From Chiloscyllium plagiosum (Eukaryota): a stretch of 64,000 nt of DNA. The notes beneath the pieces were generated by a model, which saw nothing but the letters and a program-made list of their open reading frames with translations, was not told where the DNA came from and ran no database searches. The stretch is from positions 29,732,637 through 29,796,636 of the forward strand of contig NC_057711.1 of the NCBI RefSeq assembly GCF_004010195.1, given 5' to 3'. Both the position numbers and the translations under genes were made by a program. Every line of letters starts with the position of its first letter. Within the stretch, counting starts at the first letter, position 1. This document shows, piece by piece, positions 50,873-63,145 of this stretch.

Positions 50873-52673
50873 ATTGCAATGAGCAGCTTCATCAGCATTG
50901 CCCAGATCTTGAGAACAAAAGAACAGGATATGGGTATATGTGCAGCTGGAAACTGGAGTCAAAAAGGGTAAGTGAAAGAGAAGGGGAGAAACTAGTGAGC
51001 AGTACATTTGAGAAATAAATTTTTATTGTAGTGAAGGTGATGACCCCATGGCATTATTGCTGGACTGTTAATCTAGAAACTTAAGTAATGTTTTGGAGAT
51101 CTGGGATAATTCCTGCCACAGATGGTTGGAAGTTGAATTCAATAAAAATCTGGAATTAAAAGTCTAATGATGACCATGAAACCACTATTGATTGTCAGGA
51201 AAAACATGTCTGATTCTTGATTTAATTTATCATCACATGTACCTAAATATAGTGAAACGTTTTGTTTTGCATGCAGTACAGACAGATCATTACATACAAA
51301 GATCATAGGGTGGTTGAACAGAGTGAGGAATACAAAGTTACAGCTGTAAAGATGATGCACAAAAAGCAAGATCAACATTAGATTTGAAATTTGATTCACT
51401 AATGTCCATTATTGAAGGAAATGGTCACCCTTATTTGCTTTTTGGCTACATGCGACTTCAGACCCATGGCAATGTGGTTGACTGCTGTCTGATATGGGCA
51501 ATAAATGTTGTCTTAACCAGTAATGCCTTCATGCTATGAATGCTTTTTTTAAAAATATGGGAGTTGGTACAGGTTTTCGCAGGGCTGGAAGTGAGGTGGA
51601 ATCAAGAGTAGAATATTAGATCAGACACTAGGTCATTCAACTGAAGAACAAACAAGACACACAGGTTGCACACCATGAGGTTCAGCAGAGGAAAGCTGAA
51701 GAAATCAGAGGCATAAAGATGCAAAAAAGGAAAATGTATAAGATGCCTGCATACTTATGTTCAGAGTTTCAGAGGAAGCCAGGTCAAGTCTCATAGTATG
51801 ATCCAGGGCAAAGTAAGTTACAAATAATAAATCAAGACTCTCAACACTGTTTGGACTGCGAGAAAACATGAATGTGCAATATTACTAAAGCAAATTTCAG
51901 ATTCATTCAAAACACTTCAGATTCATTACTATATTCTTTAGATTTTCTAGATTAATTCCGTTCTATAGAAATAGTGATGCAAGTGACCAAAACTGTAACA
52001 AAGGTTGGCATAAGAACAGAGATGTACAATCTAAATCCTTCAATTGTGCTTCTCTCCCTTTTCCAAGACACTGTTTTGCACCATGCAGCATAAATAGAGT
52101 GAGGCAGTGGGTGTTACTGTGCAAAACTTAACTCCTAGCTCATTTTAATATCACTGCAGTAATCTAAAAATAGTACTGGTCTTGCATCACACTTGATTCC
52201 TGTACTATTTTTTCCACTGTAGCACGAGTCTGTATGCAGCTTTAATGTCACCAGCTTTAGCTTACTCTCATATTGTTGTTTGCTGTCATTATTTGCTGTC
52301 TCAATCTTTTGGTGTCAATGTCGACCCTTTTTCTTAAACTTAAATTATTTTAATGTAGAACCATTATCAAAATTCAAAAGCTTCATTTTCTAAAATGTCA
52401 CCACTTTTGATTCAAGAAGAGACACGCACCATAGGGTTCTCAATTATATTGGACCCTCACAAAATCCACATTCAGAGAAGTGTATATCTGAAAAGCCAGA
52501 TAAGAATGTGGATTCATGAGCTATAAAAGGTATTCCAATAAATCTATTTATTACAAACAAACAGAAGGTAATTCTTGTGGCCTCCTCCAAGGATACTTTG
52601 CTGAGCATAAACAGGCAATTTACATCAGTTAAATATGAAATGCACAAGAATTGAAATCATGGAGATCACCAAC

Positions 52674-52729
52674 TTGAAATCAAATAATGCTTCTACAGAA
52701 GGAGCAGCAAATATGAAGAATGCAGTGAC
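52674..52729 (-). CDS. Exon of unidentified convergent membrane-protein gene
   Basis: Minus strand atttctag|gtc... encodes VTAFFIFAAPSVEALFDF(K), in phase with exon 55540-55657. Donor aa|gttggt, or read-through to TGA at 52625-52627. Confidence 0.5.
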
Positions 52730-52949
52730 CTAGAAATATTTAAAAGCACTGCTTATAGTCATAGATACATATAGCATGGAAACAGATCCTTCGGTCCAAC
52801 AAGTCCATGCTGAACATAATCCCAAACTAAACTAGCCCCAACTGCCTGCTCTTGGCCCATATCCCTTCAAATCCATCAAACCTTGAAATATTACATTTAG
52901 TTTTTTCATCTAAATCATTAATACACATTGTGAATAGCTGTGGTTGAAG

Positions 52950-54095
52950 GTAGATTTCATTTACATGGACTTCAGTAAGATGTTTGATAAGATTCCCCAT
53001 GGTAGGCTTATAGAGAAAGTGAAGTCATACGGGGTCCATGGTGTACTAACTAGATGGATAGAGAACTGGCTGGGTAACAGGAGACAGTAGTAGTGGAAGG
53101 GAGTTTCTCAAAATGGAGAACTGTGACCAGTGGTGTTTTACGGGGATCCATGCCAGGACCACTGCTGTTTGCGATATACATAAATGATCTGGAGGAAGGT
53201 ATAGGTGGCCTGATTAGCAAGTCTGCAGATGACACTAAAATTGGAGGAATAGCAGATAGTGAAGGGGACAGAGAGTGCAACAGAATACAGATAGATTGGA
53301 GGGTTGGGTGGAGAAATGGCAGATGGGGTTCAATCAGGACAAATGAGAGGTGATTCATTTTGCAAGATCCAATTCAAGAGCAAACTATATGGTAAAAGGA
53401 AAAGCCCTCGGGAAAACAAATGTACAGAGAGGTGTGGGTGCTCAAGTCCATTGTACCCTGAAGGTGGCAACACAATTAGATAGAGTGGTCAAGGCAGTAT
53501 ATGGCTTTCCTTCATTGGACAGGGTATTGAGTACAAGAGTTGGTAGGTCATGTTACAGTCATAGAAGACTTTGGTCTGGCCACATTTGGAATACTGCGTA
53601 CAGTTCTGGTCACAACATTACCAGAAAGGATGTGGATCTTTTGGAGAGGGTGTTGCCTGGTGTAGAGGGCACTACTATGAAGAGAGGTTGAATGGATTAG
53701 GATTATTTCCATTAGAAAGACAGGGTGGGGGGTGGGAATCTGATTGAGATCTACAAGATCGAGAGAGATAAGGTGGATAGCAAGAAGCTTTCTTCCCAGA
53801 GTGGACAACTCAATTACTAGGGATCACAAGCTCAAGGTGAAAGGGGAAAAGTTTAAGGGAGATGTGTGGAAGGTCTTTACGCAGAGGGTGGTGGGTGCCT
53901 GGAACACATTGCCAGCGGAGGTGGTAGAGGCAGGCACACCTGAATGATGCTTTTGTATCTAGATAGACAAATGAATGGGCAGGGAGCTGAGGGATACAGA
54001 TCCTTAGAAAATAGGTGACAGGTTTAGATTGAGGATCTGGAACGGCACAGGCTTGGAGGGCCAAAGGACCTGTTCCTGTGCTGAAACTTTCTTTG
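52950..54095 (+). mobile_element. CR1 RT 3' half, decayed
   Basis: VTSGV.RGS..GPLLFAIYINDL..ISKSADDTKIGG; FTQRVVGAWNTLPAEVVEAG. Confidence 0.88.
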
Positions 54096-54672
54096 TTAAC
54101 TGATCCCTGCAGTATCCCACTAGTTACTACCTGTCACTGTGTGGGGGAAGAGGGAAGAAAGCATTTATTCCTACTGTTTGTTTTCTGTCTCCAGAACAAT
54201 TTTTATGAATGTCAGTACATTATCCCCAGTTCCATGTGCTTTAGTTTAAATGCTAATCTCTTATTCGGGACCTTATCAAAAGCCTTCTTAAAGTAGACAT
54301 ATCCACTGACTGCTCTTATCAACACTACTAGTTATACCATGTAAAAGTTCCAGAAGATTTGTCAAGCGTATTCTTTCAGTAAATACAAGTGTTCTCAAAA
54401 GAGGATCAAAAAGTCAGATAGAGTCCCTGATTTAATAATTATTCATCAGGATAGATTCGAAGGGTATTAATAAGCTTTTCTTGTTCTGGGTTTTATTAGG
54501 TCACTATGTTTGTTGATCTCATATTTATTAAAAAGTGCAAATAATATCATGCTAGTACTTAATTTATATGTTGTAGTTATGAATTAAAGCTTGTGATAAA
54601 TCATTAAGTTAAAAATCACACAACACCAGGTTATAATCCAACAGGTTTAATTGGAAGCTTCCAATTAAACCT

Positions 54673-54988
54673 TAGATTAGATTAGATTACTTACAGTGTG
54701 GAAATAGGCTCTTCGGCCCAACAAGTACACACCGACCCGCCGAAGTGCACCCACCCAGACCCATTCCCCTACATCTACCCCTACACCTAACACTACTGGC
54801 AATTTAGCATTGCCAATTCACCTAACCTGCACATTTTTGGATTGTGGGAGGAAACCGGAGCCCCCGGAGAAAACCCACGCAGACACAGTGAGAATGTGCA
54901 AATTCCACACAGTCAGTCGCCTGAGGCGGGAATTGAACCCGGGGCTCTGGCGTTGTGAGGCAGCAGTGCTAACCACTGTGCCGCCCAC
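54673..54988 (-). mobile_element. HE1-like V-SINE, near full length
   Basis: (ttaga)n tail; reverse head gggcggcacagtggttagcactgctgcctcac. Confidence 0.88.
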
Positions 54989-54989
54989 C

Positions 54990-55445
54990 GAAATGGCGAT
55001 GAACATTGTGCAATCAGCGAACATCCCCTCTCCTGGCCTTATTGATGAAGCAGCTGAAGATGGTTGAGTCGAGAACACTACCCTGAGAAAGTCTTGCACA
55101 GATGCCCTTGAACAGAGAGGACTGACCTCCAACAACCACAACCATCCTCCCATGTGTCAGGGATGACTCCAACAACCAGAGAGTTTGCCCCGAAATCCAC
55201 TGATTCCAGTTTTGCTAGGGCTCCTTGATGTCACACTCGGTCGAACGCAGCATTGATTAAAATTGCTGTCACTCTCACCTCACCTCTGGAATTCAGCTCT
55301 TTTGTCCAGATTTGAACCAAGGCTGTAATGCGGTCAGGAGCATAGTAGCCCTGGCAGAATCCAAACTGGGGGTCACTAAGCAGGTTATTGCTGAGCAGAA
55401 ACCAGTTGATAGCACTGTTGATGACAACTTCCATCACTTTACAAA
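54990..55445 (-). mobile_element. L2/CR1-clade LINE RT fragment
   Basis: LLSDPQFGF..G...PD.IT.L...W..EL..RGEVRV.A.....AAFDRV (ORF 55231..55437). Confidence 0.75.
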
Positions 55446-55539
55446 TGTTGGACTATAACCTGGTGTTGTGTGATTTTTAACTTTGTACACCCCAGTCCAA
55501 CACTGGCATTTCCAAATCGTGATAAATCATGTTTCTTAC

Positions 55540-55657
55540 CAGTTCTTCTATCAAAGTGTACACTGTTCCTTCAATTTCACATTCAAGATGGTGTGCAGCA
55601 ACCAGCAGCTTTATCATAAGAAATGTCCAGGATGCAGTAACCACCAGCAGAGTCAAC
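55540..55657 (-). CDS. Internal exon of unidentified convergent membrane-protein gene
   Basis: Strong minus-strand acceptor ttttctcttttaaatag| and donor ctg|gtaaga. Only one open frame: LTLLVVTASWTFLMIKLLVAAHHLECEIEGTVYTLIEEL (hydrophobic helix). Confidence 0.65.
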
Positions 55658-57328
55658 CTATTTAAAAGAGAAAATACATTTATTATAATGACAGTAACAT
55701 TTTGTCAACAGACTACATTGGTTTCATGACATTCAATTCCAAGATGGGGGCAGAATAGCAGTGCAGTATGTGGGCATCTGTCTGGAGCTCATCTGCTCTG
55801 CCTGCTTTTACCATTTTTCCTTTATTTGTTCTTATTTTAATCTACATACCTGCCGTAGAGAGAGTTCGTGCAGTGTGGAAGAGAGCAAGCCCAGTGGAGT
55901 CAAGCCATTGCGGGGCAAGGGAATCAGCCCAATATGGCAGTGCATCTGTGGCAGTGACGAGAACAGACAGCTTCAGGTTGAGTTCAGCACAGACTGGAGG
56001 TGAGGCCTAATGCAGGCTGCTTCAAGGACTGTAATGTTTATTTTTCTAATTTATTCTTAAGATCATATACCTAGGTACCTTTCTACCCAAGATGGTTTTA
56101 TAAATATCAACTTTATCAACTTTTTATTGCACTTATGTGACAATGAACCCAATTCTAACAATCCAAAGGTTTTAAAAATAGCTCAAAGATTAAGAGTGGA
56201 CTGTAGAACCCCTACAGTGAGGAAGCAGACCATTTGGTCCATCAAGTCCATACAGATTCAGGGATAAGGAATTTCATTATGTAGCAAGACTCCAAGCTGG
56301 GTCTGGTCTCTTTGAAGAGAAGATTGAGAGATATGATAGAGATTTGAATCATGAAGGGTATGGACAGAATGCATAGAGAGAAAATGTTCCAGATTTAAAG
56401 GCGAAAAAAAAAACAAAGTGAAGAGACCCAGCAAATCTAGTGTATCCGTGTAGACAGAAAAAAAAAATGGAGTTAACATCAAGTCCAATGAGACTTCTTC
56501 AGAAGCATTTGGAAGAATCAGTTCAGTCTTGAAATGTTAACTGTGCGCCTCTCAGCACAGATGCCAGAATTGCTCCAGCACTTGGATTTTATTTCAGATT
56601 TCCAGCAACTGCATTATCTAAAATATGGGCAAAATAATCAGTAAAAGCAGCAGTTATAGAATCAGAGTATGGAAGCAGGCCATTTGGCCCATCGAGCCAC
56701 ACAACCCTCTGAAAAGCACCTTAGAATACTAAAAGAGGTAGTGACAAAAAGAGTGGATGCATGGGTTGTAATTTTCCAAAAACCCTAGGATTCTGCAGAA
56801 GTACCAGAGGATGAGAAAATGTGATACCTTTATTCAAAAAGGCAGGGAAGCAAAATGTGGATAACTATTGCTGGAAAGGTATTGGAATCAATTAAACAAT
56901 TCAGAACATTTAGAAAAGCATAATCTAATCAAGTAGACTCAATAGTTTCATGAAAGGGAAATCACATCTGATTAATTTAGATTTTTGCGAGCAAGTATGA
57001 ACAGAGTGAATAGTAATGGGTTTTATTCAGACTTCCAGAAGTCCAGCCAAATTTGAAGATGGCACTAAAATAGTTGGAAAGGCAGATTACAAGAAAGATC
57101 CAAACAATATCTTTATTGTACGAAGTGACTGTCTATTCCAGATGTGATCTCACCAGCACCTTGAATGAATATAGTGAGACTTCCTTACTGTTACAAACCA
57201 ATTCCCTTAAATAAGGATCAACATTCCATCAGCCTTCCGAATTGCCTGCTGTACCTGTGTGCTAGTTTTTTAGTGTGTGTACAGGTACCCTGAAGTTCCT
57301 TTGTGTTGCAGCTTACTGCAGTTTCTCT

Positions 57329-57741
57329 TGTCGTGGAAATTAAATCGACTCAACTCAACTGATAGCAAGAGCAAAGAAAGGAGCTTTATTCAAATTCTTC
57401 AGAATTGATCCAATACATTCAGCCAGATGCCTCATTAAGGGGTACCGGAGCATAATTCAGATACTCTTCTTATACCATTCTTATCACACTCTCAAGGGCA
57501 AAGACTGGGAAAACTCAAGTTGTTTATTTCCTCATCTCCTGGTTGCGGACATAACTGTTCTTATGCTTTTGCTGAATTCGACTGTCGCAAGGTGAAGTTG
57601 AATTCAAACAAAGCCAAGCTGTCTCCTGGCTGCAAAGCTCAGCAAAGTATGGTTTACAAAGCTCAGCACAGCGTTAAATTTAGAAAGACATTCTCTTTCA
57701 GATTTCACAGTAAATGTTAAATTTGTTAATTTCCCATTACA
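57329..57741 (-). mobile_element. Solo LTR (about 413 bp) inserted in a CR1 fragment
   Basis: TG...CA termini with imperfect inverted ends (tgtcgtggaaattaa / ttaatttcccattaca); TSD tctct/cctct. Minus-strand TATAAG then AATAAAGC. Host gcagtttctct|ccatttaaataata rejoins cleanly. Confidence 0.7.
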
Positions 57742-58669
57742 CCTCTCCATTTAAATAATATTCTGTTCTTTTTCTTTCTCTACCTTCCAAAATGAACATG
57801 GCATTTTCCCAAAGTACAGTGTTTGCTAACATTTTGCTCACTTACTTAACATATCAATATTTCTCTGTAAACTGTTTTATTCATTAGAGGCAGTTCAGAG
57901 AAGGTTCACGAGGATGTTCATTAGTATGGAGGGATTATTTATGACTAAGGCAAAACAGTTTGGGACTCATTGGAGTTTAGAAGAAAAGAGACGATCTATT
58001 GAAACATATGATTAAGGGGCTTGATGGGGTAAATGCTGAAAGGATACTTCTCATACAGGAGTCTGGGACCAGAGGGTGTAGTCGCTGAAAAAAAAAAGAT
58101 GCCAATTTTAATGAGGATGAATTTCTTCTGAGGATTGAGTGTCTCTGGAACTCCTTGCCAGAGACTGTTGGAGGACTTATTGAGGCTGATCTTGATCAGT
58201 AGGGAAATTAAGAGTTATGGGGAAAGAGAAGGAAAGTGGATGCAAATGATTGGTAAATCAGCCAGGATCCTATTGGATGGTGAAGCAGGCTTTAGGAGTT
58301 GAACAGCCTACTCCTGTTCCTAATTCTTATGGTCTTATAATGACATTGGACTGTCCTCTTTGTCAAGATGCCCTAACACATTAGTATTGATTGCTATAGT
58401 ATATCATGCACATTGCTTAGGTACCTTTTAATAATATATGGCATAGGTCACATGCAATTAAGTTATGGAGTCCTTTAGTCCTGTTTGTGCAGATTCCACC
58501 TTTGTAGTCCTATGCTAGGCTTCTTAAAAAAAACTCAAGCAATTCTGTAACAAAAGTATTTAGACCTAGGTATCCTGTACTTAAGATGGTGCCCTAAGTG
58601 GTGACATTACAAATGTTTCAACTGCACTCATTCGAGTGCACATAAAGCCAATTTTAACATTTCACTGCT

Positions 58670-61600
58670 GGGAAAAGACCTTGTCTATTTAGCCAATCCA
58701 TGCCCCTCATGATTTTATAAAACTCTATAAGGTCACCTCTTAGCCTCTGACACTCCAGGTAAAACAGACCCAGCCTATTCAGCCTCCCCCTAAAGCTCAA
58801 ATCCTCCAATTCTGCCAACATTCTTGTAAATCTTTTCTGAACCCTTTCAAGTTTCCGATAGGAAGGAGACCAGAATTGCATGCAATATTCCAACAGTGGC
58901 CTAACCAACGTCCTGTACAGCCGTAACATGACCTCCCAACTCCTGTACTCAATACGCTGACCAATAAAGGAAAGTATACCAAACACCCTCTTCACTATCC
59001 TATCTACCTGCCACTCCACTTTCAAGGAGTGATGAACCTGCACTCTTTGTTCAGCAACACTCCCCAGGACCTTATCATTAAGTGTATAAATCCTGCCCTG
59101 ATTTGCTTTCTCAAAATGCAGCACCTCGCATTTATGTAAATTAAACTATCTGCCATTCCTCAGCCCATTGGCCCATCAGATCAAGACCACATTGTAATCT
59201 GAGGTAACCTTCTTCGCTGTCCACTCCACCTCCAATTTTGGGGTCATCTGCAAACTTAATAACTATACCCCGCTATATTCACACCCAAATCATTTATATA
59301 AATGATGAAAAGTAGTGGACCCAGCACCAATCCTTGTGGCATACCACTGCTCACAGACCTCTAGTCTGAAAAGCAACCCTCCACAAAGCCACTCTGGTCT
59401 TCTACCTTCGAGCCAGTTCCATATTTAAATGGCTAGTTCTCCCTGTATTCCATGAGCTCTAACCTTGCGAACCAGTCTCCTATGAGGAACCTTGTCAAAT
59501 GCCTTACTGAAAGTCCATATAGATCATGTCTACTTCTCTGCCCTCATCAATTCTCTTCATTACTTCTTCAAAAAACTCAATCAAGTTTTAAGACATAATT
59601 TCCCATGCACACACCCATGTTGACTATCTGTAATCAATCCTTGCCTTTCCAAATACATGTGCATCCTGTCCCTCAGAATTCCCTCCAACAACTTGCCCAT
59701 CATCGATGTCAGGCTCACTGGTCTATAGATCCCTGGCGTTTCCTTACCAACTTTCTTAAATAGTTGCATCACATTAGTCAAACTCCAGTCTTCTGGCAAC
59801 TCACCTGTGACTTTTGACAATACAAATATCTCAGCAAGGATCCCAGCAAATCACAAAACTAGTGTTTCCCACATTGTTCTAGGATATACCTGATTGGATC
59901 CTGGGGATTTATCCACTTTGAATAGTGTATTCAGTTCTGGTTGCCTCATTATAGAAAGGATGTGGAAGAGGATGTAGAAGAGATTTACCAGGATGCTGCC
60001 TGGACTAGAGGGCATGTCATAGAGATGTACAACAGACCCTTTGGTCCAACTCGTCCATGCTGACCAGATATCCTAACCTAATCTAGTCCCATTTACCAGC
60101 ACTTGCCCCATACCCCTCTAAATCCTTCCTATTCATATACCCATCAAGATGTCTTTTAAAATGCTGTAATTGTACCAGCTTCCAGCACTTCTTCCTCTGT
60201 AATAGGGACATTTTTCAAGATGACACCATCTATTTCCCCACATTCTATATCTTCCATGTCCTTCTCCACAGTAAACACTGATGCATTTAGTATCTCCATC
60301 ATCTCCTGCAACTCCACACACATGCTGCCTTGCTGATCTTTAAGGGACCCTATTCTCTCCCTAGTTACCCTTTTGTCCTTAAATGTATTTACAAAATCTC
60401 TTTGGATACTCCTTAACCCAATTTACCAAAGCTATCCCATGTCCCCTTTTTGTCCTCCTGATTTCCCTCTTAAGTATACTCGTACTGCATTTATACTCTA
60501 AGGATTCACTCGATCTATCCTGTCTATACCTTACATATGCTTCCTTCTTTTACTTAAGCAAAACCACAATTTCTCTAGTCATCCAGCACTCTCTACACCT
60601 ACCAGCCTTTCTTTTCGCCCTAACAGGAATATACGGTCTCTGGGACTCTCAATCTCATTTTTGAAGGCTTTCCATTTTCCAGCCGTCCCTTTACCTGTGA
60701 ACATCTGCTCCACCCGAGACTCCCAGTCTCATTCCTGATGAAGGGCTTTTGCCCAAAACGTCGATTTTCCTGCTCCTTGGATGCTGCCTGACCTGTGCTT
60801 TTCCAGCACTATTCTAATCTTGACTCTAATCTCCAGCATCTGTAGTACGCATTTTCGCCTAACATCTGCTCCCAATCAGCTTTCTAAAGTTCTTGCCTTA
60901 TACCATCAAAATTAGCCTTCTTCCGATTTAGAACTTCAACTTTTAAATCCAGTCTATCCTTTTCCATCACTATTTTAAAACTAATAGAATTATGGTCGCT
61001 GGCCCCAAATGTTCCACCACTGACACTTCAGTCACCTGCCCTGCCTTATTTCCCAAGAATAGGTCAAGTTTTGCACCTTCTGTAGTAGGTATATCCACAT
61101 ACTGAATCAGAAACTTTTCTTGTACATACTTAACAAATTCCTCTCCATCTAAACCCTTAACACTATGGTAGTCCCAGTCTATGTTTGCAAAGTTAAAATC
61201 CCCTACTATAACCACCCTATTAAAGATAACTGAGATCTCCTTACAAATTTGTTTCTCAATTTCCCTCTGATTATTAGGGGGTCAATAATACAATCCCAAT
61301 AAGGTGATCATCCCTTTCTTATTTCTCAGTTCCACCCAAATAACTTCCCTGGATATATTCCCAGGAATATTCTCCCCAAGTACAGAAGTAATGCTATCCC
61401 TTATCAAAAACACCACTCCCCCCTCCTCTCTTACCCCCCTTTATATGCTTCCTATTGCATTTGTACCCTGGAACATGAAGCTACCAGTCTGGACCATCCC
61501 TGAGCCATGCTCCTGTAATTGCCAGGATATCCCAGTCCCGTGTTCCTAACGATGCTCTGAGTTCATCTGCCTTCCCTTTAGGCCTCTTGCATTGAAGTAA

Positions 61601-62310
61601 ATGCAATTTATCAGTCCTACCTTGTTCTCTGCTTTGTTCATGCCTGCCCCGACTGTTTGACTTGCTCATTTTCCCAACTGTACCAGTCTCAGATTGATCT
61701 TTTTCCTCACTACTTCCATGGGCCCACTCCCCCCAACTTTACTAGTTTAAATCCTCCTGAACAGCTGTAGCAAATTTCCCTGCCAGTATATTAGTCCCCT
61801 TCCAATTCAGGTGCAATCCGTCCTTCTTGTACAGGTCACCTCTATCCCAGAGGAGATTCCAGTGATCCAAAAATATGAACCTTCCCCCCCCTGCACCAAC
61901 TCCTCAGCCATGCAGTCATCGGCTCTATTCCCCCATTCCTACCCTCACTAGCTTGTAGTCCTGGGAGCAATCCAGATGTTACTACCCTTGAGGGCCTCTC
62001 TTTTAAATTCCTGCCTAGATTTCTATATTCTCCCTTCAGAATCCTTTTCCCTTCCTAAGTCATTAGTCCAATGTGTACAATGATCTCCTGCTGGTCCCTC
62101 TCCCCTTTGAAAACATCCTGCACCCTAAGATATCCTTGATCCTGGCACCAGGGAGGCAACACCATTCTGATTTTGCGCCACTGGCCACAGAAACATTTGT
62201 CTATGCCTGACTAGAGAGTCCACTATCATAATCAATCGCTTGGAACCCGACGTACCCTTCATTACATTACAGCCAGTTTCAATACCAGAAACTTGGCTGT
62301 TCATGCTATA
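58670..62310 (-). mobile_element. Long CR1 LINE (ORF1 remnant, APE, RT) with nested insertions
   Basis: GDFNFANIDW, YRPVSLTS, QHG, LYRTLVRPLLEYCMQFW on the minus strand; inverted CR1 pieces at about 59920-60200. Confidence 0.9.
60712..60860 (+). mobile_element. Short Penelope-tail insert with hammerhead motif and perfect 12-bp TSD
   Basis: aacatctgctcc at 60700-60711 and 60861-60872; attcCTGATGAagggcttttgcccAAAACGTCgatt. Confidence 0.8.
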
Positions 62311-62374
62311 TTAGTCTAGATTAGAGTGGTGCTGGAAAAGCACAGCAATTCAGGCAGCATCCGAGGAGCAGTAA

Positions 62375-62410
62375 AATCGACATTTCGGGCAAAGCCCTTC
62401 ATCAGGAATA
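62375..62410 (-). ncRNA. Minimal type-I hammerhead ribozyme motif in the PLE tail
   Basis: Minus strand uauuc-CUGAUGA-a-GGGC uuu GCCC-GAAA-ugUC-gauu. CUGAUGA at 62399-62405 and GAAA at 62383-62386. Confidence 0.6.
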
Positions 62411-62500
62411 CAGGCAGAGAGCCTGAAGGGTGGAGAGATAAGTGAGAGGAGGGTGGGGGTGGGGAGAAAGTAGCATAGAGTACAATAGGTGAGTGGGGGA

Positions 62501-63145
62501 NNNNNNNNNNNNNNNNNNNNNNNNNNNNNNNNNNNNNNNNNNNNNNNNNNNNNNNNNNNNNNNNNNNNNNNNNNNNNNNNNNNNNNNNNNNNNNNNNNNN
62601 NNNNNNNNNNNNNNNNNNNNNNNNNNNNNNNNNNNNNNNNNNNNNNNNNNNNNNNNNNNNNNNNNNNNNNNNNNNNNNNNNNNNNNNNNNNNNNNNNNNN
62701 NNNNNNNNNNNNNNNNNNNNNNNNNNNNNNNNNNNNNNNNNNNNNNNNNNNNNNNNNNNNNNNNNNNNNNNNNNNNNNNNNNNNNNNNNNNNNNNNNNNN
62801 NNNNNNNNNNNNNNNNNNNNNNNNNNNNNNNNNNNNNNNNNNNNNNNNNNNNNNNNNNNNNNNNNNNNNNNNNNNNNNNNNNNNNNNNNNNNNNNNNNNN
62901 NNNNNNNNNNNNNNNNNNNNNNNNNNNNNNNNNNNNNNNNNNNNNNNNNNNNNNNNNNNNNNNNNNNNNNNNNNNNNNNNNNNNNNNNNNNNNNNNNNNN
63001 NNNNNNNNNNNNNNNNNNNNNNNNNNNNNNNNNNNNNNNNNNNNNNNNNNNNNNNNNNNNNNNNNNNNNNNNNNNNNNNNNNNNNNNNNNNNNNNNNNNN
63101 NNNNNNNNNNNNNNNNNNNNNNNNNNNNNNNNNNNNNNNNNNNNN
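62501..63145. other. Assembly gap
   Basis: Run of N. Confidence 1.
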
